From assembly GCA_964016885.1 (NCBI GenBank), contig OZ024762.1:28086001-28150000 (forward strand): a stretch of DNA of 64,000 bases. The letters are read 5' to 3'. The position numbers and the translations under genes are program-made. Source of the DNA: Eledone cirrhosa. Its lineage: Eukaryota. Numbering within the stretch: the first letter of the stretch is position 1; every line of letters begins with the position of its first letter. This document shows, in pieces, positions 52,982 through 64,000 of this stretch. The notes beneath the pieces were generated by a model. That model saw nothing but the letters and a program-made list of their open reading frames with translations, did not search any database and was not told the origin of the DNA.

Positions 52982-53124
52982 CATCTGTTTGTGTTGAACC
53001 AGAGAGAGGAACTCATTAAAAGTTTAATGGAATCAGCAGCTAACAATATTGGAATCTCTGTAAAATGTCGAAAGGATCCAATAACATTTGATCAATTTCT
53101 TTCTCACAAATTCGGTAACTTCAG
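52982..53124 (+). CDS. DNAJC13: DNAJC13 coding exon 7
   Basis: tttcag|HLFVLNQREELIKSLMESAANNIGISVKCRKDPITFDQFLSHKFGNF(S)|gtgaga, phase 2. Confidence 0.95.
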
Positions 53125-53682
53125 GTGAGATTGGAAATAGTTTCTTTAATGGCTTTTCTTTTTTTTTTTATATACTAGAATTTTTTTACATATGCTGACG
53201 CGTGTGTATGTATGTATGTATGTATGTATGTATGTGTGTGCATGTGCATACATTTATGTATGAGTATATAAATATAAACATGCAAACACAGACACACTTA
53301 CAAAAATACATTCAAACGCACACATACTGGTAGGAGTGAAAAGGCCTTGGATTGAATTGGATTGATATAATATATGATGTATGATATGATGACATGATGA
53401 TGATATATGTATGGTATGATATTGTATATGATATGATGATATATGTGATATATATGATATATGATGTGGTGTGGTATGGTGTGATGTGATATATGATGTG
53501 GTGTGATGTGATGTGATATGTGATGTGATATATGGGGTGCGATATATGGGATGCGATGTGATATCTGATATGTGACGTGATGTGATATATATGTGTAATA
53601 TATGTGATGTGATATAATATGATTATATATATCATGATGTTGATAACACTTTTATCTTTTTCTTTCCTTTTTCTGGTTCCAG

Positions 53683-53842
53683 TTCAGATGAATGCATAAC
53701 TTCCTACACAGAATTTGTGGTTCAGAAAATCTCGCCGCGGCACAATGATTGTGTACGACGAACCCTGTGTCTTACTGAAAACTGTTTGGTGGAACGAGAT
53801 CCAGCCACGTATAATGTAGTCACTTGCAAGCCTCTCTGTGAT
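53683..53842 (+). CDS. DNAJC13: DNAJC13 coding exon 8
   Basis: ttccag|[53 protein letters not shown]|gtaagt. Confidence 0.96.
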
Positions 53843-53955
53843 GTAAGTACGAAACTACTCTCTTCTTTTGTTCATTGTCTATGGTGCTAAATGTAGCATG
53901 TACGGCTGAGGAAGTCAGAATACAACTGAAAGATGTCAAGAGTTGTCTCCCATTT

Positions 53956-53996
<41 letters not shown>

Positions 53997-54171
53997 CAAA
54001 GGTATATACTGAGTTAGGAATTCTTTTCACCTTAGCAAATCAGGTCCCTTAAGAGTTGAACACATATATCTGTATGTCTGTGTTCGTTTTTCTTTTATAT
54101 TCTATTCTATTCTCTCTCTCTCCCTCCCTCTCTCTCTCTTTCTCTTTCTCTCTCTCTCTATATATATATAT

Positions 54172-54899
54172 GGAGGTATATGGCTTAGTGGTTAGAGCAT
54201 TGGCTCTGCAATCGAAAGGTTGTGAGTTCAATTCTCGGACCGGGTGATGTGTTGTTTCCTTGAGCAAGAGACTTTATTTCACATTGTTCCAGTTTACTCA
54301 GCTGTAGAAATGAGATGATAGGGACTGAGGTCCCTATCATTCCACTGCAAAGTGGTCGTGGAGGTGCCACGGCAAAAAAGCACCCAGCACTCACTGTAAA
54401 TGAGGTTGGTGTTAGGAAGGGCATCCAAATGTAAAAATCAAGCCAGTATCAGTTCCCGTCCCACCCTTGCAAGAAGGGAAAAGCGGACGTAAAAATGAAA
54501 TGAAATGAATATATATATATATGGTGGTACATGGCTTAGTGATTAGAGCATTGGCCTTGTAATCGAAAGGTTGTGAGTTCAATTCTCAGACCGGGTGATG
54601 TGTTGTTTCCTTGAGCAAGACACTTTATTTCACATTGCTCCAATTTACTCAGCTGGAGAAATGAGATGATAGGGACTGAGGTCCCTATCATTCCACTGCA
54701 AAGTGGTCGTGGAGGTGCCACGGCAAAGAAGCACCCAGCCCACACTGTAAAGTGGACGTGTAGGCGCCACAAAAAAAGCACCCAGCACTCACTGTAAATG
54801 AGGTTGGTGTTAGGAAGGGCATCCAGCTGTAGAAATCAAGCCAGAATCAGTTCCCGCCCTACCCTTGCAAGCAGGGAAAAGCCAACGTAAAATGAAATG

Positions 54900-54900
<1 letters not shown>
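54172..54900 (+). mobile_element. Two tandem full-length type A SINEs (54172..54510, 54523..54900)
   Basis: tRNA-like head tggcttagtggttagagc...gagttcaattctc, core, and RTE-like tail ending gcggacgtaaaatgaaatga. Confidence 0.88.
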
Positions 54901-54962
<62 letters not shown>

Positions 54963-55019
54963 TATATATATATAGAGAGAGAGACTATTGAATTTAAGTG
55001 AAAATATTTGTGTTCATAT

Positions 55020-58000
55020 ATCATCATCATCATTTTACGTCTGCTATTCCCTGCTTGCAAGGGTTGGACGGGTCCTCTTCAGCACAGCGTCACTCTCTTT
55101 TGTCACTCTCCTTTGTCATCTCCTCGGTGAGTTTCTGAGGTCTGCTCTCACCACCTCCGCCCATGTTTTTTGTGGTCTTCCTCTACTGCGTCTTCCCTCT
55201 ACTGGGGCTTCCTGGCACTTCTTCACCCATCGGTCATCCTCCATGCGCATCACATGTCCATACCATCTCAGCCTTCTCTCCTGCACACCACAACTATCCC
55301 TCTTATACCCATTTTCTCTCTCAACTTGTCTATGCTTGGTTGTTCACACACATTGACATTGCACATCCAACGGAGCATACTTGCTTCATTTCTCTCCAGC
55401 CGTTGCATATCTTCTGCAGTTGCTGCCCATGTCTCACAACCATGCAGCATCGCGCTCCTAACACAGGCATCATATAACCGTCCTTTCGTACGCAGGGAGA
55501 AACCCTTCTTCGTCAACAGAGGAAGCAGCTCCCTAAACTTTTTCCAACCTGTTCTTATTCTAGATACTATGGCCTCGGAAGACCCCCCCCCCCCATGCTA
55601 ATCTAATCACCTAGGTACCAGAAGCTATCAACCACTTCTATAGAACCCACCTGCACTGGAAAAATGAGTCTATTACAGCGATTACTACTGCCAACTTTCC
55701 CTGTACATCTACTGCATACGTAGTTTTCCTTACCTGTTAGTTTGCCTGCTATCCCACTACATCTCTTGTGTACCCAACTGCATTGCGTACATTTTATGGA
55801 ATTTATGCCAGTTCCTTTCCTACATATCGAACATGGCCATTTCTGTGATGGAATCAGAGTTTTGTCCTCTTTTCTACTCATCAACGCCTTTGTTTTAGCT
55901 ATGTTCATTCTTAGGCCTCTTGATTCCAACTGCTGTTTCCCTAGCCAGAATTTATTCTCTAGCTCCTCTACTGAGTCTGCTATAAGAACCAGATCATCAG
56001 CATAGAGAAGTTCCCATGGGCATTCAGTCTTAAACTCCTCTGTTATGGCTTGGAGGACTATAATGAACAAGAGTGGGCTGAGGACAGAACCTTGATGTAC
56101 ACCTACTTGTATCTGGAATTTCTCACTAAACTCCATTCCTATTCTCACTTTACTGACAGCACCCCTGTACAGCACCCCTGTACATCACCCCTGTCCTCAC
56201 AAGCCATTCCTCTACACCTAGTTTCCTTAGAGACCACCAGAGGACAGATCGGGGTACCCTATCAAAGGCCTTCTCTAGGTCAATAAAAGCTAAGTATAAT
56301 GGCTTATTCTTCTCTAAGAACCTCTCTTGTGGTTGACTCACTATGAAGAGGGCATCTGTTGTACTTTTCCGAGGCACAAAACCAAACTGCATCTCATCTA
56401 AATTGACCCTTTCTCTAATCAGTTGCGCTAATATTCTCTGCCACTTTCATAACCTTATCCAGCAGCTTTATGCCCCTATAATTGCTCCTCTCTAGAGCAT
56501 CCCCTTTACCTTTGTAACAATTTATGAGAACACTGACCTCATAGTCAGAACGAGACGTACACGACAACAGAGGAGGACTACGCTAAGGAGAAGAATATGG
56601 AAGTTAAAGGACCCCACAGCCAGTAACAAATTTAAAAGCATATTACTTGATGCTTTTGACAGTAAGGAAGATCAATTAGAGACGTACAATATAGAGGAAC
56701 AGTAGGAATTACTGAAAGTTAACCTGCTTAAGGCGACAGATGAAATCTGTGGCTGGAGCAGACCTATAAACGGGTGGAGAGTAACTTGGTGGTGGAACAG
56801 TAAGGTGGAGGAGTCAATCGAGGCCAAAAAGCAGCTTGGAAAGCATGGAGGGATGGGGGAAGTAGAGAAGACTATCAAGTGGCTAGGAGACAAGTGTACT
56901 TTGCAAGAAGGGAAGCAGAGGAAAGAAAGTTCAAGCATGTTCTACAACGCGAGGACCAAAAACGTGAGGTGTTCAGGATTGCTAGGCAATGTGTCAAGGA
57001 AAACCGTGATATTGTCAGGGAGATGTGTGTCCTTAATGATGATGGTGTACTTGCCATCACTGACGCTGATAAGAAGGTAGCTTGGAAGTGTCACTACGAG
57101 AGGCTACTAAATGAGGAGAATAAATGGGACAAAGATAGTCTGCCCCACATCAATCCAATAGAGGGACCAGCAGTGCAAGTTGAAGGTAGTATAATAAGTA
57201 AGGCAATCAAAGATATGAAGACGGGCAAGGCAGCTGGGCCTTCGGAGATAGTTGCTGAAATGCTGAAAGCATCTGGAACGGTGGGACACACTATGGTCAC
57301 CCGGATAGTAAACCAAGTCATACAGAACGGGGTCATACCAAATGACTGGCGTAGCAGCATCATCATAAACTGCTACAAGGGTAAAGGAGATGCACTAGAT
57401 AGAGGAAACTATAGAAGCATTAAATTAATTGACCAGGTCATGAAGGTCACAGAAAAAGTTATAGCGCAACTAATCAGAGAGCGAATTGATCTAGACGAAA
57501 TGCAGTTTGGGTTTGTGTCAGGTAAAAGTACCACAGACGCCCTTTTCCATGTACGACAACTACAGGAGACGTACCTAGCTAAAAGTAAACCCCTATACTT
57601 AGCTTTTGTTGACTTGGAGAAAGCATTTGACAGTCCCCTGCGCCATTATCTGGTGGGCCCTTAGAAAACTAGGGGTTGATGAATGGCTTGTGAGAACTAT
57701 ACAAGCCATGTATAAAGAAACAGTCAGCAAGGTTAGAATTAATGAATATAGTGAAGAATTTGGCGTAAAAGTTGGTGTTCATCAGGGCTCCATCCTTAGC
57801 CCCCTCCTATTTATTATTGCCCTTCAGGCTATAACAGAGGAGTTCAAGACCGGCTGCCTATGGGAACTCCTATATGCAGATGATCTAACGCTCATAGCTG
57901 AATCGATGGCTGAACTAGAGAAGAAATTCCAAACATGGAAGCATAGCCTAGAATCAAAAGGCCTTAAAGTTAACTTGTCTAAAACTAAAGTTCTAGTATG

Positions 58001-59267
58001 TAGGAAGGAAAATAGGGCACACGTCCCCTCTGGGAAATGGCCATGCTCAGTGTGTAGGAGAGGAGTAGGAAAAAATTCTATTTTATGTCCCAAATGCAAA
58101 GTATGGGTACATAAAAGATGTAGTGGGATCACAGGTAAGCTATCTAAGAACGTAGATTTTATATGTGGCCAGTGCTCAGGTGTAATAAGTAGCAAGTGCC
58201 CACAGGATACTAGCTCCTATTGCCCAGATGGCTCTATAGAAATAGTGGACACCTTCCGTTACTTGGGTGACAAAATCAGCAGTGGTGGAGGGTACTCAGA
58301 AAGTACAGTAGCCAGAGTCAGAACTGGATGGAAAAGGTTCAGAGAGCTTATACCACTATTGGCCGCTAAAGGTTTCTCTCTAAAAATGAAAGGCAGACTG
58401 TATGATGCTTGCATACGAACAGCTATGTTACATGGCAGTGAGACCTGGGCATTGTGTGCAGAGGATCTGCGCACACTGGAGAGGAACTAAGCATGCATGC
58501 TCCGCTGGATGTGTAATAGTAATATATGTGAACAGCAAAGCATAAATGAACTGAGAAATTAGGAATAAGAGGGATCAGATGCTGTTTACTCGAGAGGACT
58601 ATGTTGGTTGGGTCATGTGATACGCATGAAAGACGACAGCTGTATAAAAAAGTGCAGGGCGATCAAAATTAACGGACGTTACGGAGTAGGTAGACCCAGA
58701 AAAACTTGGGACGATTTGATAAATTTCGACCTTATACACTTACACCTCTCTAAGACAATGTCACTGGACCGAGATCTTTGGCGCTACGCAGTAATACAGA
58801 AGACCCGCCTTGCTTAAGTACAAAGCGAAACCTACAGTCAGTAGGCACCTCTTAACCAAAATACACCAACGTCCCCCTACCGCCACCGCCATCTACACCA
58901 CCGCTTTCTCTGTAAAGTTATGTTAGTACCACAACATCCAGTCCTAAATAAATGAGGTCGTGTTGGTGTCATAACAAAAAACACCCAGCCCACGCTGGAA
59001 TGTGGCTGTGTAGGTAACACGGTAAAAACCTCCCAGTCCACACTGTAAACGTGGTTGGTGTTAGGAAGGGCATCCAGCCGTAGAAAACCTGCCAGACAGT
59101 CCTATACAAGCGAGACGACCAATCTTGCCTCAAGTGGGACAATTTCCGTCCAGATCCATGCTAGCGTGGAAGATGGACGTTAAACGATGATGATGATGAT
59201 GACTGCTGCACCAGTCTTTGGGTATGACACCACTATATATAGCTTGATTAATGATGCGTGCAACTAG
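55020..59267 (-). mobile_element. RTE LINE family 3 (55020..56535 plus 59202..59267), split by a nested family 2 LINE
   Basis: RT ORF 55603..56175. Sequence after 59201 continues the element, collinear with the copy at 48260-48340. Confidence 0.88.
56536..59201 (+). mobile_element. RTE LINE family 2, 5'-truncated, nested
   Basis: ORFs 56879..57664 and 57606..58490 (LLYADD, YLGD), then 3' UTR and (ATG)n tail. Confidence 0.95.
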
Positions 59268-59428
59268 TTGTGTGTATGTGTGTGTATATATGTGTATATT
59301 TGTGTGTATATATATATGTATATATATATGTGCATGTTTATATATATATATGTGTATGTATGATTGTGATGGTAGTGATGGTGATACTGATGATTTTTTA
59401 TCCATTTCTTCTTGTTTGTGTTTTTCAG

Positions 59429-59520
59429 ATATTTGCAATAATTCGGTATAACGAGAGCCCTCAACGATTTAGTGTTGAATACGTGAAGGGTGCTGTAAGG
59501 ACTTACCAATCAACCGATAG
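59429..59520 (+). CDS. DNAJC13: DNAJC13 coding exon 9
   Basis: ttttcag|IFAIIRYNESPQRFSVEYVKGAVRTYQSTD(R)|gtaaat. Confidence 0.95.
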
Positions 59521-59548
59521 GTAAATATATGTCTATTTGGATATTTAA

Positions 59549-59763
59549 CCCTTTAAACATTAAACCGGCTGTATCCGGCCAGAATTCTCTCACCTCTTTC
59601 TGTTCAAACCAACAATAACTGGCTGCTCATACTGACTTTAAGATATTGTTCTCAAAATAGATATCAAAATCTCATAGATTCAATATTATGTGAGATAATT
59701 ATGTAAGGTAAAGCCTTTACTGCAAAAATATATTAAATATAAAGTAATGTAAATGCTAAAGGG
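59549..59763. mobile_element. piggyBac-type MITE (other copies at 60714..60921, ~35447-35995 and ~46070-46243)
   Basis: TTAA-CCCTTTA...TAAATGCTAAAGGG-TTAA. Confidence 0.85.
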
Positions 59764-60573
59764 TTAAAGCCATTTGTAGTTTAGTCCTTTAGCATTTACA
59801 TTACCCTATATTTTCTACTGTATTTTCACGGTAAACACTTTATCTCATATAATATCAAGTCTATGAGATTTTGATATTTATTTTGAGAACATAAGTATGA
59901 CACCTTATTATGTATTAAGGGGCAGTGGATTGGCACTATCAGTAGAGCGTCAGACACCATGCTTTGCAGCATAGTGTTATGGACCTTTACTTTCTGAGTT
60001 CAAATCCCGCCGAGGTTAACTTTGCCTTTCAACCTCATGGGGTTGATAAAATAAAGTACCAGTAATGCACTGGTGTAATTGCTGGCCTTGTGCCAAAAGT
60101 AGAAACAATTATGTGTTAAGAGGAGATTAATCTACCAGCAACTTAATGTGCCAGGAATCTCCAAATGGTTAATGGTTGTTGTTGGTTTGGTGGTTGTTGT
60201 GGTTGTTGGTGGTGTAGTTGTTGTAGTGTTGGTGGTGTGGTGGTTGTTATATCTACTTTTGATGTTGATTTTGTGGCTAATGTGGTTGTTGTTGTTGTGG
60301 TGGTGTGGTGGTTGTTGCTGTAGTTATATCTACTTTTGATACTCTGGTTGTTGGTGTTGCTGCTGCTGCTCTTACTCATACATTCCATATTTGGCGTGGT
60401 TTCTATGGCTTTCCTAACTTCACCCATTTACAGAGTGCACTGGGTGCATTCAATCATGGCACCAACATAACTATCATCAACCAGACATTAATTTTATTCT
60501 CTGATTAGTTTTAAAATATTTCTTGTTACTTTTAATCATTCAAATATATTGTTCTGTTCCTCTTCTTTTACAG

Positions 60574-60671
60574 AGATGCATTATTAGCATCATTGTTGGA
60601 CGGTGTCCGAGCATCTGGCAACCGAGATGTTTGTGTGAAGATGAACCCAACAAAGAGAGGATACCGATTGG
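60574..60671 (+). CDS. DNAJC13: DNAJC13 coding exon 10
   Basis: tttacag|[32 protein letters not shown](G)|gtaatt. Confidence 0.97.
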
Positions 60672-60932
60672 GTAATTTAACTTTCCTTTATATATTTTCA
60701 TGAAACGATTAAACCCTTTAGCATTTACATTACTCTATATATACTATTGTATTTTCACGATAAAAGCTTTATTTCACATAATATCGAACCTATGAGATTT
60801 TGATATTATTTATTTGGAGAACAATACCTTAACATCAGTATGAGTGGCTGGTTACAGTCGGTTTGAATAGAAACCGGTGAGGAAATTCTGGCCTGATATG
60901 GCTGGTTTAAATGCTAAAGGGTTAAATATTAA

Positions 60933-61470
60933 AGTCTTTACTGTAATACTGCGAATTTTCTCAACAATCTAATAGAAAAGATATAGAATCATTTAAATTA
61001 ACAAACCGCATGGAACCACAGTAGCAAGACGTTCTTTATAAGTACAAAACTATGACTACATCATTAAATATTATAGTCTTTTCTGTAATACTGCAAATTT
61101 TTGCAACAATCTGTCCAATAATAAAAATACTAGAATCATTTGATTTAAACTAAATATGACTACATTAGCAAGGCATTCTTTATAAGTACTAAACAACACT
61201 ATGACTGTATCACATTAAAAATTAGTCTTTTCTGTAATATTGCAAACTTTTGTCACAATTTGTCTGATAGTAAAGATATTAAAAACATTTGAATTAACAG
61301 CCCACATGAAACAACATTAGCAAGATATTCTTGATAAATATGAAACAACACTATGACTGCATCACATAAAAAATTTAGTCTTTTCTGTAATACTGTAAAG
61401 TTTTGCTCAAATTTTTGCCACAATCCACAATAGTAGAAATACTAGAATCATTTGAATTGACAAACTTGTA
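60933..61470. repeat. ~145-bp degenerate tandem repeat, about 4 units
   Basis: agtcttttctgtaatactgc...tagaatcatttg...actatgact recurs at ~60933, 61076, 61224 and 61377. Confidence 0.8.
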
Positions 61471-61596
61471 TTTTTTAAAAAAAATTTTCTATAGAAATTT
61501 TCTAAATTGCTGCAAGATGTCTCAAGTTAAACAAGTTAATCTATTTTTTTAGCTTTAGCTTCTTCCTAAGCTAGTTGTTCTGTTGTTATTTGCCAG

Positions 61597-61665
61597 GTCC
61601 TTTTACAGTCTCAGTTGATGAAGAAGTGGAAAGTCAACACTTGAGGTTTATTCACAGTCCTCCAG
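61597..61665 (+). CDS. DNAJC13: DNAJC13 coding exon 11
   Basis: ttgccag|PFTVSVDEEVESQHLRFIHSPP|gtaagt. Confidence 0.94.
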
Positions 61666-61714
61666 GTAAGTTTCTTATTGGAAGATGCATACCAGGTGGA
61701 AGCCCATCATATAT

Positions 61715-62200
61715 ATATCATCATCACCATTTTATGACCATTTTTTTATGCTACCATGGGTTAGATAAGCTGCTCTGTTGTGGGCAATGCTAGGTCAGGT
61801 GATCATGTCTTGCTCATACAGAACTGATTAACTTGGTTTCTACAGTTGGATGCCCTTCCTAATGCCAACCTCATTTACTGTGAGTGCTCGGTGCTTTTTG
61901 TTGTGATGCCTACATGACCACTTTACAGTGAGTGCTGAGTGTTTTTTGTCGTGACACTTACACGACCACTTTACAGTGTGGGCTGGGGGCTTCACTGGAT
62001 GTATAGTTCGGCCTGTCCTCATGGGAGATGTATTGTATACTGTATATAGGCTTTAGCTTCGGCCTGTGCCCAGAGATTTCGGTCCTGTATCATAGCCTTT
62101 GAGAGGTGCAATTGGGCAAGGTCAGTTCTATTACTTCATCCCAAGTCTTCCTGGGTCTCCCCACTCCAAGGCTTCCATCGACTTTGAGCACTCTGCATCA
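61715..62200 (-). mobile_element. Degraded RTE LINE 3' end (family 1-like)
   Basis: Similar to 8205-8680 (ctgggtctccccactcc, ggatgcccttcctaa). Confidence 0.75.
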
Positions 62201-62289
62201 CACACACTCTCTTTCGCACCCTCTCTCTTTCTCTATCTCATATTCTAACCATCATCCTCATTTATCAACCTATTATTTCTATATTGCAG

Positions 62290-62372
62290 CCACAATGAGC
62301 CACCATGAAGCTGTACAGAGATTCAACTGTAATATATCTTACAGTGGTCTGATGCATGCTGTCACCCAAGAT
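62290..62372 (+). CDS. DNAJC13: DNAJC13 coding exon 12 (last coding exon recognised in the window)
   Basis: ttgcag|(A)TMSHHEAVQRFNCNISYSGLMHAVTQD|gttagt. Confidence 0.94.
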
Positions 62373-62807
62373 GTTAGTAACTCTATATTTCTCTCCCTTT
62401 TCTTGCCTCCTATGCATTAATGAAGCTTTGCTAATCTTTTAAATACAGAATAAGTAATATTCATTTCTTCACCAAACTTTAATAAAATTATAGTTGTAGA
62501 CATAACAGAAGTCCGACGAGCTTTTGATTCCAGAGTCGGGCCAGATTGATACAGATTGAGCATTGAGCTGCTCAATCGCGAAATGTGCGTCAAACTTCAA
62601 TCAATGAAATGAAGACAATACTTTGTCTTTTTGATTATTAGTATTATATTCTTAGTACTACACCATTATATCCACTGGAAACTACGCATAGAGTGCTCAC
62701 TCTGGTGAACCTACAGTAACTGGACGTTACAATCACTAAGTATATATTTATATATATATAAAATAACAGGAGGCATGTACTGGTGTAAACACTTGAAAGG
62801 TTTATTA

Positions 62808-62863
62808 TACTATGATCATTTCAATGACCGGGTTCAGTATGAATCCAGTGACATCATCAGGTA
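62808..62863 (-). ncRNA. Putative minimal hammerhead motif (Penelope-type)
   Basis: Minus strand: tac CTGATGA [imperfect hairpin ctggattc/gaacccgg] GAAA tgatca TA^gta. Stem III is the palindrome ATGATCAT. Confidence 0.5.
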
Positions 62864-63719
62864 ATTCAAAATATAACGAAGGAATATAGCAGATAAAAAT
62901 CCATGGTGTTTGAATCAGAGACAGGAAGGCAGCTGGCAATTTAGCAGCTTCTAGCTCGGTTGGCCACCCTCGAGTGTTGATTATTAGGTCTACATATTAC
63001 CATCTGGTGTGGGGGCACAAGCCTTTAATGTACTACTACCATCCCGTCAGATGGAAACGTCAGCGCTGAGGTCACGCGTCAATCAGGCTGGAAATATATG
63101 CAAATATGCTCGAAATTACCACAAAATATATTTTTTCAAGAACAAACATCATCCACAAAGACAGACATAGAGATTAAAAAGGGAGAGAGTGTGTGTGAAT
63201 GAAAGAGATAGAAAGTGACCGAGAGAGAGTGGGGGAGAATGAAAGAGCGAGTGTGTGGGAGAATGAAAAAAAGGGAGAGTGTGGGTAAGTGATATAGAGA
63301 GAAGGTGACAATTAACATAAGGAGGCTTTTATGAAGAAGTTTAAGTGTAATATATATAGTCACGATAAATTGTCAGGGTAGTATATATAGTAAAATTATG
63401 CCCGTGCTAGCGGTCAATAAACAGCGACTGCGGACCCCGCGCCAGCCACCCCCTCCCACGTGCCAGCTGTTTTGAGTAATATCGTCTAGCGAAAGAAATG
63501 GAAATTAGTTTTTCCGAGCACTCCACGAATGTAACTGTCTTAGGCATCGGGTGTTCTAGTGCAGAGCCCCCCAGCGCCGACCGGCCATCGTATATACCAA
63601 GCGGTTGCTATTATATCACACAGGGTGGGGATTTAGTTAAATGCTAGTAGGAAGAGGCATGTTACAGCTAAAGGTTATGACTAAGCCTAGAATATAAAGG
63701 TACTATTTGGTGGTCAATG

Positions 63720-64000
63720 CTGGCAGTGTGGCGAGTCCCAAGCCCGGCCTGGCACTGGGTCGAAGCAGTGGTTCCGAGTAATTTTGTTTGTCGGGTGTGA
63801 ATAAATATTAATCGTCTGGTAACACGCGATGATCCGACGGATGTGGCGGATTTCCGGACTGCGCGCTGGGCACTCGGGCGTTTTAGCCTTCCTTGAGTGC
63901 TTGGAAATATAAATTTCCCCTTCTTTTGATAAACGAAATTACTCGGAACCACTGCTTCGACCCAGTGCCAGGCCGGGCTTGGGACTCGCCACACTGCCAG
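63720..64000. repeat. GC-rich inverted repeat, arms of at least 73 bp, 135-bp spacer, truncated by the window end
   Basis: 63720..63792 is the reverse complement of 63928..64000 with two mismatches. Confidence 0.95.

Larger units (their letters stand above)
27562..62372 (+). other. DNAJC13: DNAJC13/RME-8 gene span (coding exons 1-12, 394 codons; continues beyond the window)
   Basis: The spliced translation ([39 protein letters not shown]...NISYSGLMHAVTQD) is collinear with the N-terminus of human DNAJC13 as I recall it. All introns are GT-AG with compatible phases. Confidence 0.96.

Noticed and set aside
63668-63994. 108-aa minus-strand ORF
   Set aside because: It runs through both arms of the inverted repeat and has no recognisable domain.

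Overview
This is animal (eukaryotic) genomic DNA, most likely an octopus or other cephalopod; that assignment is inferred from the SINE/LINE families, low GC and microsatellite density. One host gene is visible on the + strand: the 5' part of DNAJC13/RME-8. It has 12 short GT-AG coding exons from ATG 27562 to 62372 (394 codons, all phases compatible) and continues beyond the window. The rest is mostly mobile or repetitive DNA: two Helitrons, a decayed full-length Gypsy LTR element, a Penelope-like (Naiad-type) element with an inverted pseudo-LTR and hammerhead motif, about ten RTE-clade LINE copies, Tx1/CR1/Vingi-like fragments, two tRNA-derived SINE families, piggyBac-type MITEs and many minisatellites, several born from TE fragments. 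Most notable observations: a C4HC3 PHD-type finger inside the RT of all three main RTE families; a Gypsy element with no tRNA PBS but a self-complementary primer site; several Penelope-type hammerhead motifs; a reconstructable Gypsy/Helitron/Penelope/RTE nest in intron 5; a tandem array of duplicated splice acceptors before exon 7; and several long inverted repeats in the DNAJC13 pre-mRNA. All calls come from reading the sequence by eye, and no database search was run.
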